The notes beneath the pieces were generated by a model, which saw only the letters and a list, made by a program, of their open reading frames with translations, searched no databases and was not told the origin of the DNA. Position numbers and translations under genes: made by a program. From a virus (lineage: Duplodnaviria; Caudoviricetes): a DNA stretch of 44,246 nt. Shown here piece after piece: positions 8,683 through 17,843 of the stretch. How positions within the stretch are numbered: position 1 is the stretch's first letter; every line of letters starts with the position of its first letter. The stretch covers positions 1 through 44,246 of IMG/VR virus record IMGVR_UViG_3300037470_000544; one strand, written 5' to 3'.

Positions 8683-9743
8683 GACCAGGTGACCGTGCCC
8701 ATTGTGGCGATCTGGTTGGTCGTGTGCGGCACGTCTGCGGCGGGTGCGGTGAGCACGTGATCAGTTTCGCCGTCGGCGAGGCTGATGGCTTCGTGGATGC
8801 GACTGAGGCGAATGGTGCCACCGGGCTCGGCATCGCGGCGGATCATGTCGGCCAGTTCGGCTTCAACGGCATCGCGCACGGCCTGGGTGTCGGGTGCAAC
8901 GCTGATGGTGAAGTCGAGCGGCACGGCCACGGGCGCGACGGCGGTGAAGCCGTTGAGCGCGAGGCCGACCGGACGACGGGCGTCGATGTAGTTTTGCACT
9001 TCTGTGACATCACCAGCCAGGGGGATGCCATCGACATAGGCGTCGTCCATCATGAAGCGCACGACGACGGTACCGGCGCCGTTTTCGATGGGGTAACACC
9101 AGGCGCGTGTGACGCCCGCCACTTCGAGCGCCCATGCCACGTAGTCGTGTGCGGCGCCGCCCTGGGGTGGTTGCTGGATGCGGCTTAACAGGCGACTTCG
9201 CAGGTCGTCGTCGGACTCTGTATCGACGCCGCCGATGAGGCCGGTGCCGTCGACGGTAGCGGTGCTGTTAATGCCGGCGATGGGGGCGCTGAAGGTGAGC
9301 GTGCTGGCGGCGGCCGTGTTGGTGTCGGCGCCACCGGTGCTGGCGGTGACGGCTACGGTGGCGGTACCGGCGACGATGGTGGCGTCGGCGTCGGTTGTGT
9401 ACTCAGTGCCGTCGGAGCGTTGTAGTGTGGAGCCTTGTGGAATCAGCGCGCCATTGGTTCCGGTGCAGTCGATGTTGCCCTGGGCGGGCACGGCAGCTTT
9501 GCGGAAAATGCTCCAGATTCTGGCCCAGCGTTCGAGCCAGATACCTGTGGCTGTGTCGGGCATTAGCTGTTTGGCGAGGTAGTCCAGATAGCCATACAGG
9601 CCATGAACGGCACCGCTGAACACACGAGCCAGTATGCCCAGGATACTGTGGCGCAGCTTCGGGTCGGTGCCCGGCAGGCGGCTCTGGATATCGGAGCCGA
9701 TGCGGGTGACGATGTCTTTTAATGATGGTCGGCTAAATGGCAT
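8679..9743 (-). CDS. Baseplate J-like wedge protein (Mu gp47/W)
   Basis: GGVDTESDDDLRSR, PPQGGAAHDYVAWALEVAGVTRAW. Confidence 0.92.
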   Translation of the reverse strand: MPFSRPSLKDIVTRIGSDIQSRLPGTDPKLRHSILGILARVFSGAVHGLYGYLDYLAKQLMPDTATGIWLERWARIWSIFRKAAVPAQGNIDCTGTNGALIPQGSTLQRSDGTEYTTDADATIVAGTATVAVTASTGGADTNTAAASTLTFSAPIAGINSTATVDGTGLIGGVDTESDDDLRSRLLSRIQQPPQGGAAHDYVAWALEVAGVTRAWCYPIENGAGTVVVRFMMDDAYVDGIPLAGDVTEVQNYIDARRPVGLALNGFTAVAPVAVPLDFTISVAPDTQAVRDAVEAELADMIRRDAEPGGTIRLSRIHEAISLADGETDHVLTAPAADVPHTTNQIATMGTVTWS

Positions 9744-10193
9744 TTAAAGCGCCTCCAAACTGTATTCGAATACCTGGTCGAACGGCTCGCCGTAGGCTTT
9801 GTAGATTTGCACGCGGATGCCCAGGGTGCCACGTGCGACCCATTCGGTTTCAACCACCAGGCGGGCGGCGATGCCGTCGTCCAGCAGCCATTGCAGGGCT
9901 TCCTGGGCGTACTCCTTGGCGCGCAGCAGCGTCTCCAGTGTTTGCTTTGATCGGTTGAGCAGCCAGAGGCGTGAGCCGATCTTGTCGCCCTGCACGTCGC
10001 TGACGATATCGGCCCACCAGCCCCGCCGGTTGGTACCGCCGTCTGGCAGGTCGTCGTCGATCTCGGCATTGCGGTGGGTGAACAGCGATATCAAAATGGC
10101 GGTGCGCATACCGGCGTCCGTTTTGAGATCGGGCGCATCGATGCCGATGTCAAATTCGAAGTCTTCGCCTGTCTGTAAGAGTGCGATATCCAT
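9744..10193 (-). CDS. Baseplate protein (Mu gp46/V)
   Basis: AILISLFT, RRGWWAD, IGSRLWLL, EALQWLLDDG. Confidence 0.92.
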   Translation of the reverse strand: MDIALLQTGEDFEFDIGIDAPDLKTDAGMRTAILISLFTHRNAEIDDDLPDGGTNRRGWWADIVSDVQGDKIGSRLWLLNRSKQTLETLLRAKEYAQEALQWLLDDGIAARLVVETEWVARGTLGIRVQIYKAYGEPFDQVFEYSLEAL

Positions 10194-10757
10194 TTAAACC
10201 ATCTGCTGTAATGGTGGGCTCACAACGCCGCCTTGCGGATCGTTTTGTGTGTGGCCGTTGTAAATCACACGTATGGTCTGCATGCTGCTAACGCCATCGA
10301 TGACATCGCCATCGGCGATTAAGTCACCGGCCACGTGAACGTTTCCGGTGAAATAGACATTCGGTGCATCAAGCGTGATGCTATTTGCCGCCTGCAGCAG
10401 GATGCTGCCATTACGTTGAAAATGAAGGCGGTCACCTTCATCCGTGTACAGGGCAACTTCTCCCGGCGCGAGGTTCTGCAGGCGGAATTGGCGGTCGGCA
10501 ATGCTGATGACCACTGCGTGGCTGCGGTTGCCGCCCAGGCTGGCCACCAGGGCTTCGGCATCGGGGTGTGGGTGCGCGGTAAAGCCGTAGGGCTCGAAGT
10601 GTTCGACCTGGTCGAGCAGCTCGCCGGCGAGCACGGACACCTGAATGGATTGCATGAGCGTGCCAGCATCCACCAGCTTGACCACACCGCGCGCCAACAA
10701 ATTGGTGATGCGCCGGTGGTAGGGCTTAAGCAGTTTTTGCAATGCGCGCATGTTCAT
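10194..10757 (-). CDS. Baseplate spike (Mu gp45/Q)
   Basis: VEHFEPYGFTAHP, LAPGEVALY, C-terminal YNGHT. Confidence 0.9.
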   Translation of the reverse strand: MNMRALQKLLKPYHRRITNLLARGVVKLVDAGTLMQSIQVSVLAGELLDQVEHFEPYGFTAHPHPDAEALVASLGGNRSHAVVISIADRQFRLQNLAPGEVALYTDEGDRLHFQRNGSILLQAANSITLDAPNVYFTGNVHVAGDLIADGDVIDGVSSMQTIRVIYNGHTQNDPQGGVVSPPLQQMV

Positions 10758-11803
10758 AGGGCGAAACCCCCGTCGTCGGCATCGGGCTCGGGCAGCTCGA
10801 TCAGGTCGAATGCCTCTTCAGGCATGACCTGCAACTCGGTGCGTTGGCCGTCTTCGTCCATGATGAATTGCACACCTACAATAAGGCGATCGCCATCGAT
10901 GTCGAGGTAATGATCCTTTACCGGAACCAGAGTGTTCGGTTGCCAAAGGCCATCGGCGTGGCGCCAGCCGAGTACGGTGTAGACGATGGCCTGGCTGCGG
11001 CCGAAGCGGGTGTTGCGTTCCCACTGGGCCCGTTTTTTCAGGTCGTCATTATTGACTGAGCCTTCTGCTGTACTGACCATTGGTCGATGGCGAGGAACGC
11101 GGGAATCTGTCGACGTGCCCTTCGATTCCGATGTAGACGGTCCGAAACCCAGGTCGCCGCCAGCGCCCTGGCCGAGAATGGTGTATTTATCGAAGCGATC
11201 GCGCAGGGTGAATTCGCCGCTGGCGATGAGGATATTCTTGCCCAATTCCAGCGATGTCCGAATGCGCTCGGTACCGGTGCGGGTTAGAACAAGGTTGCCG
11301 TCGCGATCACTCACCATACGCACGGCGCGGCTGCGGGCGTACTGTTCCAGGAACTCGAAGGGACTTTGACCTGCCTCGATGGTGGGACTCTTAAACGGCT
11401 TGCCAAGGTCAGTCGCGACGATAACCTCGATGCCGAATGGTTTACATACACGGCGCGCCAGCTGGTCGAGTGTTTGATCCTTAAGCTGGTTGAGCTTGTC
11501 GTCTTCAAGCGAGCAGTCCACCAGATCACCCAGGGCGGAGCGGCCGACAATTTCGATGTCGTGAGTTTCTGCATCATAGTTTGGATACACGTCGTCGACG
11601 TACCCGGTGATGACCTTTTCATCGTCGATGACGATTTCGCAGGGCGAGCCGACCTTGATGGACCGTGGACGGTCGTTATCGGCCCAGCGCTCGGAGAGCG
11701 TGAGGCTGAAGGTGTCGGCCAGCTGCTCAAGCGACCGCTGCACGGTGATGGACTTCCACCCGCTATGCACGATGCCGTTGGCTTTGAGTACGATGCTAGA
11801 CAT
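10754..11803 (-). CDS. Baseplate hub (Mu gp44/P); start 11803 (MSSIVLK)
   Basis: GWKSITVQRSLEQLA, ITGYVD, GRSALGDLVDCS, LWQPNTLV. Confidence 0.9.
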   Translation of the reverse strand: MSSIVLKANGIVHSGWKSITVQRSLEQLADTFSLTLSERWADNDRPRSIKVGSPCEIVIDDEKVITGYVDDVYPNYDAETHDIEIVGRSALGDLVDCSLEDDKLNQLKDQTLDQLARRVCKPFGIEVIVATDLGKPFKSPTIEAGQSPFEFLEQYARSRAVRMVSDRDGNLVLTRTGTERIRTSLELGKNILIASGEFTLRDRFDKYTILGQGAGGDLGFGPSTSESKGTSTDSRVPRHRPMVSTAEGSVNNDDLKKRAQWERNTRFGRSQAIVYTVLGWRHADGLWQPNTLVPVKDHYLDIDGDRLIVGVQFIMDEDGQRTELQVMPEEAFDLIELPEPDADDGGFAL

Positions 11804-12944
11804 TTTTGATGTATTCCAAGGGCTGGCCGCCGGCAACAAAACCCGGATGCGGTATGGCGTTGCGCCCGACGATTTCTGCATCGCGCCTGGCATCGTTGTG
11901 GATATGGTGTGCCAGCACCAGCGCGGGCAGCGTAGTGGCCGGTGTGACGTAGGCCAGCCGTGGCAGGCGAGCGCTGCGAATCCGCACGTCTTCAGCCAGG
12001 GCAGCACGCAGAGCGCTCATGCCGTTATATACACCGTCGGTCATGCTGGCATCCATCTGGTCGTCGATGGCATTTAGGATGACATCGCGGATAGCGATGG
12101 CATCATCCTTGGTTGGCCAGTTGATGATCGCCACGGTCTTGCAGGCCTCGGCGATCGCCACGCGTTGTATCAATGCGTCGGCTGCGTCGATGTTTTGCAA
12201 CTGCTGCAGGCGATTGCTGGTGGTCTGCGGAACGCTCGACGTATCGGTACTGGTGTTGAACAGGGTTTTATAGATGTCCAACGCACGAAGCGGGCTGCCC
12301 AGGGCATTGCGCAGGTTGCCCAGGGTGCCGGCGATGGATGAGGCCATCTCGGCGGGTGCGCGTATCAGTGACGTGATGGGGTCGGTAATGCCGGTGACCA
12401 CTGACTCGACGGCATCGAGCGCGTCTTCGATGCTCTGCTGCACGTCGTCGACGAATTCCTGCGCCTGGGTGAGCACGTCGAAGTTTTCGCCGAATTCCAG
12501 GATGCTCTCAGCAATTGTCTGTTCCGCCTCGACCTCAACGACCTCGGGCGTATCCGGCTGCTCGAAGGCGAAGGTGATCTCACCACCCTCGATGCAGGTG
12601 AGCTGGAAGCGGGCCATGCCGCCTTCGCTGGTGGACTCGCGCTTATGCGCATTGAGAATGGTAACGTTCATGGTGCCGAGGTACGGGTGCACCAGCACGC
12701 CGGGGCCGGGTTGCTCGATGGCATCGATAAGTCGATTGCGGGCGAAGTCGTAATCAGGACCGACGACGAAAGCGTTTATACTGAACTCGCGCTTGCGCCG
12801 GCCCATGTCTTCGGTGACGGGTTTGTCCTGCAGAGGGAACTCATGGACGACGACGCGGCGGCCGAACTCCAGGTCGTCGGTTTCGACCCAGAACGCGGCG
12901 TCGCGGAATTTGCCGCCGGGGGTGTAGCGATCGCGCCAGCTCAT
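11796..12944 (-). CDS. DNA circularization protein (Mu gp43/N)
   Basis: MSWRD..KFRDAAF, GRRVVVHEFP, GPGVLVHPYLG, RNAIPHPGFV. Confidence 0.9.
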   Translation of the reverse strand: MSWRDRYTPGGKFRDAAFWVETDDLEFGRRVVVHEFPLQDKPVTEDMGRRKREFSINAFVVGPDYDFARNRLIDAIEQPGPGVLVHPYLGTMNVTILNAHKRESTSEGGMARFQLTCIEGGEITFAFEQPDTPEVVEVEAEQTIAESILEFGENFDVLTQAQEFVDDVQQSIEDALDAVESVVTGITDPITSLIRAPAEMASSIAGTLGNLRNALGSPLRALDIYKTLFNTSTDTSSVPQTTSNRLQQLQNIDAADALIQRVAIAEACKTVAIINWPTKDDAIAIRDVILNAIDDQMDASMTDGVYNGMSALRAALAEDVRIRSARLPRLAYVTPATTLPALVLAHHIHNDARRDAEIVGRNAIPHPGFVAGGQPLEYIKNV

Positions 12945-14326
12945 GGGTTCACCATTTGCACGCCGGTGTCCGCTTCGATTGCGACATTGCTATTGCTGGA
13001 TTTAACGCTGGCGACTTTGGCGCGGTTGTTCTGGTCGATGACGATCTTCACTTCGCCCTGGAAGTTTTGGCCGCCTGGTGTTTGCGATTCACTGCCGAAA
13101 ACGAGGTTCTTCCACCAAGCAGAGCTGTCGCCGACCATTCTTGGCAATACATCTGTGATGCCGGCTTTAACAGCCAGCCGGTTGGTGCCCGGTGTGTTGG
13201 TCTCGAATGCGTTTATCGCATCAGCCCATGTCTTAGCTTGATCACTTATGATCTCATCCGCCACACTTTGCGTTTTGTTAGAAATTAGCTGTACCGCTGC
13301 TTTAGATGTGCCCGCATTGAGCGCGGCATTTTGCAGCAGCAAACTGCCATCTGTGCGGAGCTGCGAGAGCTGCTGCAGCTTTTCGATGTTGCCGGGCAGA
13401 GACAGTCCCTGGAATACCTTTACACCGGATTCGCCGAACAGCTTGCCTAGCACGCCAAAGTCTCCCTTGGCCGCCGTGAATATTTCCGGCAGTAACTCGG
13501 CCAGTGGGCGGATTTTTCCACCGCTGCCTTTTACAGCAATGCCGGCGCCGGTAAGGGCTTTTTGTACATCCTTCTTTTCCAGAAATGAATACAGTGCCTT
13601 AATTGACTCGGTCGCTTCGTCGGGCGAGCCAACCGCATCGATGACAATCTGGGCTACCGCGCCGGCGTCGAGTAATGTGCCTTCGCCGATGCCGCCTGAT
13701 GCGACGGCCGGGGCGAATAGCTTGTTACCCACTTTTGCCACATCCCGGAACGCGACACTGCCCTGGAAGGTTTGCAATACCAGGGCATCGGTGAGCTTAA
13801 GCAACGTTTCGGCGTCTCGAATACCCGCCTTGTAGAAGTTTGAAAATACGGCGCCGACATCGCCCCCCTGCGAGCCGGTGGCCCGGATGGTGAGCGCGAG
13901 ATTGCGTAATTGCTCCATCGCGAATTCAAAGTCGCCGGTGCGGGTGATGATTTCTTCGACACCACCGATGAGCAGATCCGGGTCCAGGCGTATGTTACGG
14001 TCACTGGCCAGCTCGAACATGGCCTTTTTGAGGCGCTGTATCTGCTCTTCCGTGGCCCGACCGTCGGTTTGCAGCTGGGTGAGCCTGGCATCGCGGTTAA
14101 TGACATTGCCCACGGCAGCAGCGGCGCTGCCCAGGCCAATGAGCGCCGTGTAGCGATTATACAGCCGTCCCAGCGTGCGACCAAACCTGCGGGCGCCCCG
14201 GTTCAGGCCATTGAGCTGGCCGCGACTGTTGCGACTAAAGTCGGCCATCGCTCGGGTATACTGCCGCGACTTGCGCACCAGATTGCCGGCTAAATCAACG
14301 ATGACGGATGTTCTTAGATCACTCAT
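12941..14326 (-). CDS. Tape measure protein (461 aa, short)
   Basis: Position between chaperone and gpN; SVIVDLAGNL N-terminus; Ala/Gly-rich helical composition. Confidence 0.85.
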   Translation of the reverse strand: MSDLRTSVIVDLAGNLVRKSRQYTRAMADFSRNSRGQLNGLNRGARRFGRTLGRLYNRYTALIGLGSAAAAVGNVINRDARLTQLQTDGRATEEQIQRLKKAMFELASDRNIRLDPDLLIGGVEEIITRTGDFEFAMEQLRNLALTIRATGSQGGDVGAVFSNFYKAGIRDAETLLKLTDALVLQTFQGSVAFRDVAKVGNKLFAPAVASGGIGEGTLLDAGAVAQIVIDAVGSPDEATESIKALYSFLEKKDVQKALTGAGIAVKGSGGKIRPLAELLPEIFTAAKGDFGVLGKLFGESGVKVFQGLSLPGNIEKLQQLSQLRTDGSLLLQNAALNAGTSKAAVQLISNKTQSVADEIISDQAKTWADAINAFETNTPGTNRLAVKAGITDVLPRMVGDSSAWWKNLVFGSESQTPGGQNFQGEVKIVIDQNNRAKVASVKSSNSNVAIEADTGVQMVNP

Positions 14327-14462
14327 GAGTTACCAGTCTGTAATATTGAATCGCTTCGTAAATGGGCATGGCGTGCACGTCAGTCCTGCTCAATCTGCAT
14401 ACCAGTATTAAAACTTGCTCAATTTGCCGACTGACTATCGCCAGCCGGATCTGTTCGCCCCC
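14319..14462 (-). CDS. Frameshift extension of the tail assembly chaperone (-2 frame)
   Basis: Open -2 (=+1) frame from GGGGGCGA at 14455-14462 to a stop overlapping the tape measure start. Confidence 0.65.
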   Translation of the reverse strand, partial: GGEQIRLAIVSRQIEQVLILVCRLSRTDVHAMPIYEAIQYYRLVTHE

Positions 14463-14814
14463 GTTGTTCCGCCTCCTTTTGCATCTTGAGTTTCTGGGCG
14501 GTGTTACAAGCATCCTGCATGATGGCGATATCGTCTTCATGCAGCCTGTCGAGTTCGGCAAGGCTGATGGGGCCTTTCGAGTTGCCGATGGAGAGGATCT
14601 GCCTACGCATGGTTTCCGACGCCATGCGCGATGGACTGATGACCAGCACCGGCTCCTGATCGCCCGATGGCAGCGTCATGATTTTAAGCACCTCGGATGC
14701 TTCGGACGCGGCGCGCAGTTCACCCCCGGTTAAATGATCCTTAATGGTTACATCAACGAGTGTTTCTTCACCCAGTTTAAGGCCGTGTATCAATTTAAAT
14801 GTATGTTCAGCCAT
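14419..14814 (-). CDS. Tail assembly chaperone (Mu gp41-like)
   Basis: FKLIHGL, RRQILSIG, LDRLHEDD; between tube and tape measure. Confidence 0.82.
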   Translation of the reverse strand: MAEHTFKLIHGLKLGEETLVDVTIKDHLTGGELRAASEASEVLKIMTLPSGDQEPVLVISPSRMASETMRRQILSIGNSKGPISLAELDRLHEDDIAIMQDACNTAQKLKMQKEAEQRGRTDPAGDSQSAN

Positions 14815-14821
14815 AGGTCAC

Positions 14822-15178
14822 CTACACCAGTTCGTCGCATTCTTCGCCGGCCATCTTTACGTCGACCTCGTTGCCAGTCAGTGACGGTGGTTCGGTGGTA
14901 TAGCAGCCCCGCACCACAAACTGCACGCCGCTGTCGGTCTCAAACATCACGGTGGCATCGGTGAGTGCGCCGAGAAGTTTGAGCGACAAATCTTTGTTGT
15001 GTGGCAGTTTAAAATCCATTGTCGGTTCCTGGTCTTCTTCGATGAAACCATGCACCCGGCCACCGCCTTTGACAGCGGTGCGGTTCACGCCACCGATATT
15101 TAGCGTGGCACCATCCAGCGATTTGTATTCCTGGCCGTCGATGCGGATGGTAAGCCGCCCTGTGAATTGTTTTGCCAT
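14822..15178 (-). CDS. Tail tube protein (Mu gp40/M)
   Basis: GATLNIGG..R..V.G...HGFIE pattern; follows sheath. Confidence 0.88.
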   Translation of the reverse strand: MAKQFTGRLTIRIDGQEYKSLDGATLNIGGVNRTAVKGGGRVHGFIEEDQEPTMDFKLPHNKDLSLKLLGALTDATVMFETDSGVQFVVRGCYTTEPPSLTGNEVDVKMAGEECDELV

Positions 15179-15204
15179 TGTCTTCTACCTTTGCTGGTTA
15201 ACGG

Positions 15205-16659
15205 TTAACGAAGGAACTGCACTTTTTGCGCATGCACGCGGTACTGGCCAACGAGCGTGGGCGAATCCTGCACATTCAGCCGTGTTGGATCGCCAGCGTC
15301 GATCTCGACGACGATACTGGCCTTGTAGGCCTCGTAGTCCTGCACCCAGCCCAGCTCTTCCAGGTCGCGGTACAGCATGAGCAGTTCGGCCCGGGCGATC
15401 TTGGGTTGCATGATGCCGGCGCCGCCTTTCGCACTATCGCCGGCCAGCTTGTGGCGCGGGAACTTGGTGGCGAACAGGGAACGCTGCGCAAATCGAATAC
15501 GTTCCAGCGTTTCAGGTGTGTTGATGTCCAGGTACGAGTCGTCCGCATTGCCGGCGGCGTTGGTCTGGTAGCTTGTGATCTGACGTTCGATGGAGACCGA
15601 GCCATCTGCATTGACGACATGTGTAGCAATACCATCGTAGAGCAGCGTGTTGCGCTCGGAGGTGGTCCAGCGATCCTCGATGGCGGGGGCCAGTACACCG
15701 GGTAGCTTTAATGTTTGCAGTGGCCGGGCCGGGTCGATAGACAGCGACGCAGCACCCACAACGGCATTGATGGCCGCCCAGTTCCAGGTGGGCGTTGGTG
15801 AGGTGTTGATGCCCATGTAGGTAATATGTGGACTATTGCGGCCGTTGCCGAAGGTGGACGTGAGCGCCAGGGTGTTTTTATAGGCCGCGAACGCACGCGC
15901 GCCTTTTTGCACCATCGGCCCCCAGCGGGCATCCAGCTCGGTTTCCAGTGCCACCAGGTTTGCGGTGTCGGTATAGGGCATGACAATCCAGTTCCACCAT
16001 TCGTCACCGAATGCAGCAATCGCGGTGGCGACATCCGGGTTGGTGGTGCCGCCGGCCATTGCACCGAAGGCGATGGCGGTACCGGCGGGCAGCTTCTCGC
16101 CGTAATAGCCCACGCGCAGGTCGATATCGTTGCCTGTTTCACCGGTCCAGCGGCAGGTGATGTCCACCTGGTTGGTGGTTACGCCGTTGACAGCGGCGGT
16201 GACCGGCAGTGTGGTGTCGGCAGTGATGGCGGCCGCGATCGCGGTGGCCACCGCGTCGGCTGAGTCGCCGCTGGCCACGGCCACATTGACCTTTTTACCG
16301 TTGATCAACAGTGCGATGGTACCGTTGGCGGTTGCGGCGCCGGTAGCGGTGATGGTGCCGGCGGCCGCAGCGCCTGCGCCGTCTTCGTCCAGGGCGATGG
16401 CCCACACTTCCATGAATTGGTTGGCGGCTTTCAGGGCCTTGATCTGTTCGGCCAGCATGGAGCCGCGACCGAAGTACGCCTCGGCATCGTCGGGACTGGT
16501 GACCAGGGTGGGTATGCCCTCGGCGACGGTACCGGCGGCCAGGCGCTGGCCGATGACCAGGATATTAAACCCGATGCTGGCGTTGCCGGCGAGCGAGGGG
16601 TCGAACTCGATGTAAACGCCCGGTACGCGCAGGTTTGCAGGGATATCGTTGAATTCCAT
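15205..16659 (-). CDS. Contractile tail sheath protein (Mu gp39/L)
   Basis: RVPGVYIEFD, FGRGSML, DPARPLQTL, ERNTLLYDGI, FPRHKLA. Confidence 0.95.
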   Translation of the reverse strand: MEFNDIPANLRVPGVYIEFDPSLAGNASIGFNILVIGQRLAAGTVAEGIPTLVTSPDDAEAYFGRGSMLAEQIKALKAANQFMEVWAIALDEDGAGAAAAGTITATGAATANGTIALLINGKKVNVAVASGDSADAVATAIAAAITADTTLPVTAAVNGVTTNQVDITCRWTGETGNDIDLRVGYYGEKLPAGTAIAFGAMAGGTTNPDVATAIAAFGDEWWNWIVMPYTDTANLVALETELDARWGPMVQKGARAFAAYKNTLALTSTFGNGRNSPHITYMGINTSPTPTWNWAAINAVVGAASLSIDPARPLQTLKLPGVLAPAIEDRWTTSERNTLLYDGIATHVVNADGSVSIERQITSYQTNAAGNADDSYLDINTPETLERIRFAQRSLFATKFPRHKLAGDSAKGGAGIMQPKIARAELLMLYRDLEELGWVQDYEAYKASIVVEIDAGDPTRLNVQDSPTLVGQYRVHAQKVQFLR

Positions 16660-16661
16660 AA

Positions 16662-16865
16662 TTAGGACTCCGTTTGAGCAGTGGATTTAGCGGATTTGGA
16701 TGCAGCGACCGGCTCGATATCGCCATCGCGCAGTCGACGACGCCAGTAACTGTTGTCCGGCACCTGGTCGCCTTTTTCTGGCAGCATCTGGTTATTCTTT
16801 TCGGGCATGCGCACGATGCAGGTGGTGCCGTCTATCTTCTTGGGTTTAACGTGTAGCGTGTTCAT
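16662..16865 (-). CDS. Mu gp38-like small protein (DUF2635)
   Basis: VPDNSYWRRRLRDGDI motif; directly before sheath. Confidence 0.88.
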   Translation of the reverse strand: MNTLHVKPKKIDGTTCIVRMPEKNNQMLPEKGDQVPDNSYWRRRLRDGDIEPVAASKSAKSTAQTES

Positions 16866-16866
16866 A

Positions 16867-17409
16867 TTATTGCTCCAGGGTTATTTCATCGATGGCGGCA
16901 GGTTCATCGTCGCCGGGAACCAGTGAATGTTCCGCGTGGTAAGTTGCAAAGTCGGCCAGCGTATCGGTGCCTGGCTGTTCCTCGAACGGCATGGGCAGAG
17001 TGAAGGTCAGGCCGTATACGGTTACGCCATTTTTATCTAGCGGCAGGGTAAACAGGTTTTGCACCCGGTCGAATCGTAGCGTGCCGACGTCCTGCACATA
17101 ATGCTTATGCAGGTAGCTCAGCAGCACATCGATGATGTCGTAAGCACCCAACACGCGCGCCTCGCCTTGCCGGCGCTGCTTGTGATTGCCTTGGCCGGTT
17201 GCTACATAAAATCCCCAATTTGATGCCCATACCGGGTCTGCCAGGCGGCCACCGAGAAAGGCTACGTAGACGGCCGGTGTGGTTGCGGCAATGGCCTTGA
17301 TGACGCTCTCATTCAGCGCGCCTGGCAGCGAATCCACCAGGCGTAGCCTGTATCCGAACAACTCGCTAATCGTTGTAATGAGGTAGTTTTCTGTTGTTGT
17401 AATAATCAC
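16867..17409 (-). CDS. Mu gp37-like tail completion protein (DUF1834)
   Basis: PAVYVAFLGG, RR.G...GAYDI, VQNLF; synteny. Confidence 0.8.
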   Translation of the reverse strand: MIITTTENYLITTISELFGYRLRLVDSLPGALNESVIKAIAATTPAVYVAFLGGRLADPVWASNWGFYVATGQGNHKQRRQGEARVLGAYDIIDVLLSYLHKHYVQDVGTLRFDRVQNLFTLPLDKNGVTVYGLTFTLPMPFEEQPGTDTLADFATYHAEHSLVPGDDEPAAIDEITLEQ

Positions 17410-17843
17410 GGCATCACCTCGCTCACAAAGTCGCGGACGATGGCATTGATCTCATCTTCGTCGTCCGCATTGAGTCCGATGAATGGGCGGGCAATCATGG
17501 TCACCGATTTGTTACGACCCGTCTTACCGCCGAACTGATGGATGGCGGCATAAATCATATTGGAGCCATGCTCAACGCCGGTGCTGCTGGCGATGTGGGT
17601 GATCGAGTCACGCAGATGGCCGAAATCGATCAGCGTTTTTCCTGCCTCGTTCTTCGCGCGCTCACTTTCTTCCCACTTGATACCATCGGGTCCGGCACCG
17701 TCTTCAAATCGCTGCAGCACGGCTGAATCCAGGTAAGCACCGATTTCCTCGAACATCTCAGTGGCGTTGAAATCATCCATGCGCTTCAGTGCTCGCAGGA
17801 TCTCCCGGTCGTCAATTTTGTAATCGAGTCGCACGCCGCTCAT
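17406..17843 (-). CDS. Phage virion morphogenesis protein (Mu gpG-like)
   Basis: RFEDG..PDG..W, LIDFGHLRDSI, GSNMIYAAIHQFGG, ARPFIGL. Confidence 0.9.
   Translation of the reverse strand: MSGVRLDYKIDDREILRALKRMDDFNATEMFEEIGAYLDSAVLQRFEDGAGPDGIKWEESERAKNEAGKTLIDFGHLRDSITHIASSTGVEHGSNMIYAAIHQFGGKTGRNKSVTMIARPFIGLNADDEDEINAIVRDFVSEVMP

Noticed and set aside
11803-12007. Extended N-termini given by the ORF track (hub 12007, B 29672, GemA 34591, rsgA 3878, protease 24062)
   Set aside because: They overlap upstream genes or regulatory DNA; downstream starts fit family lengths and RBS or promoter geometry
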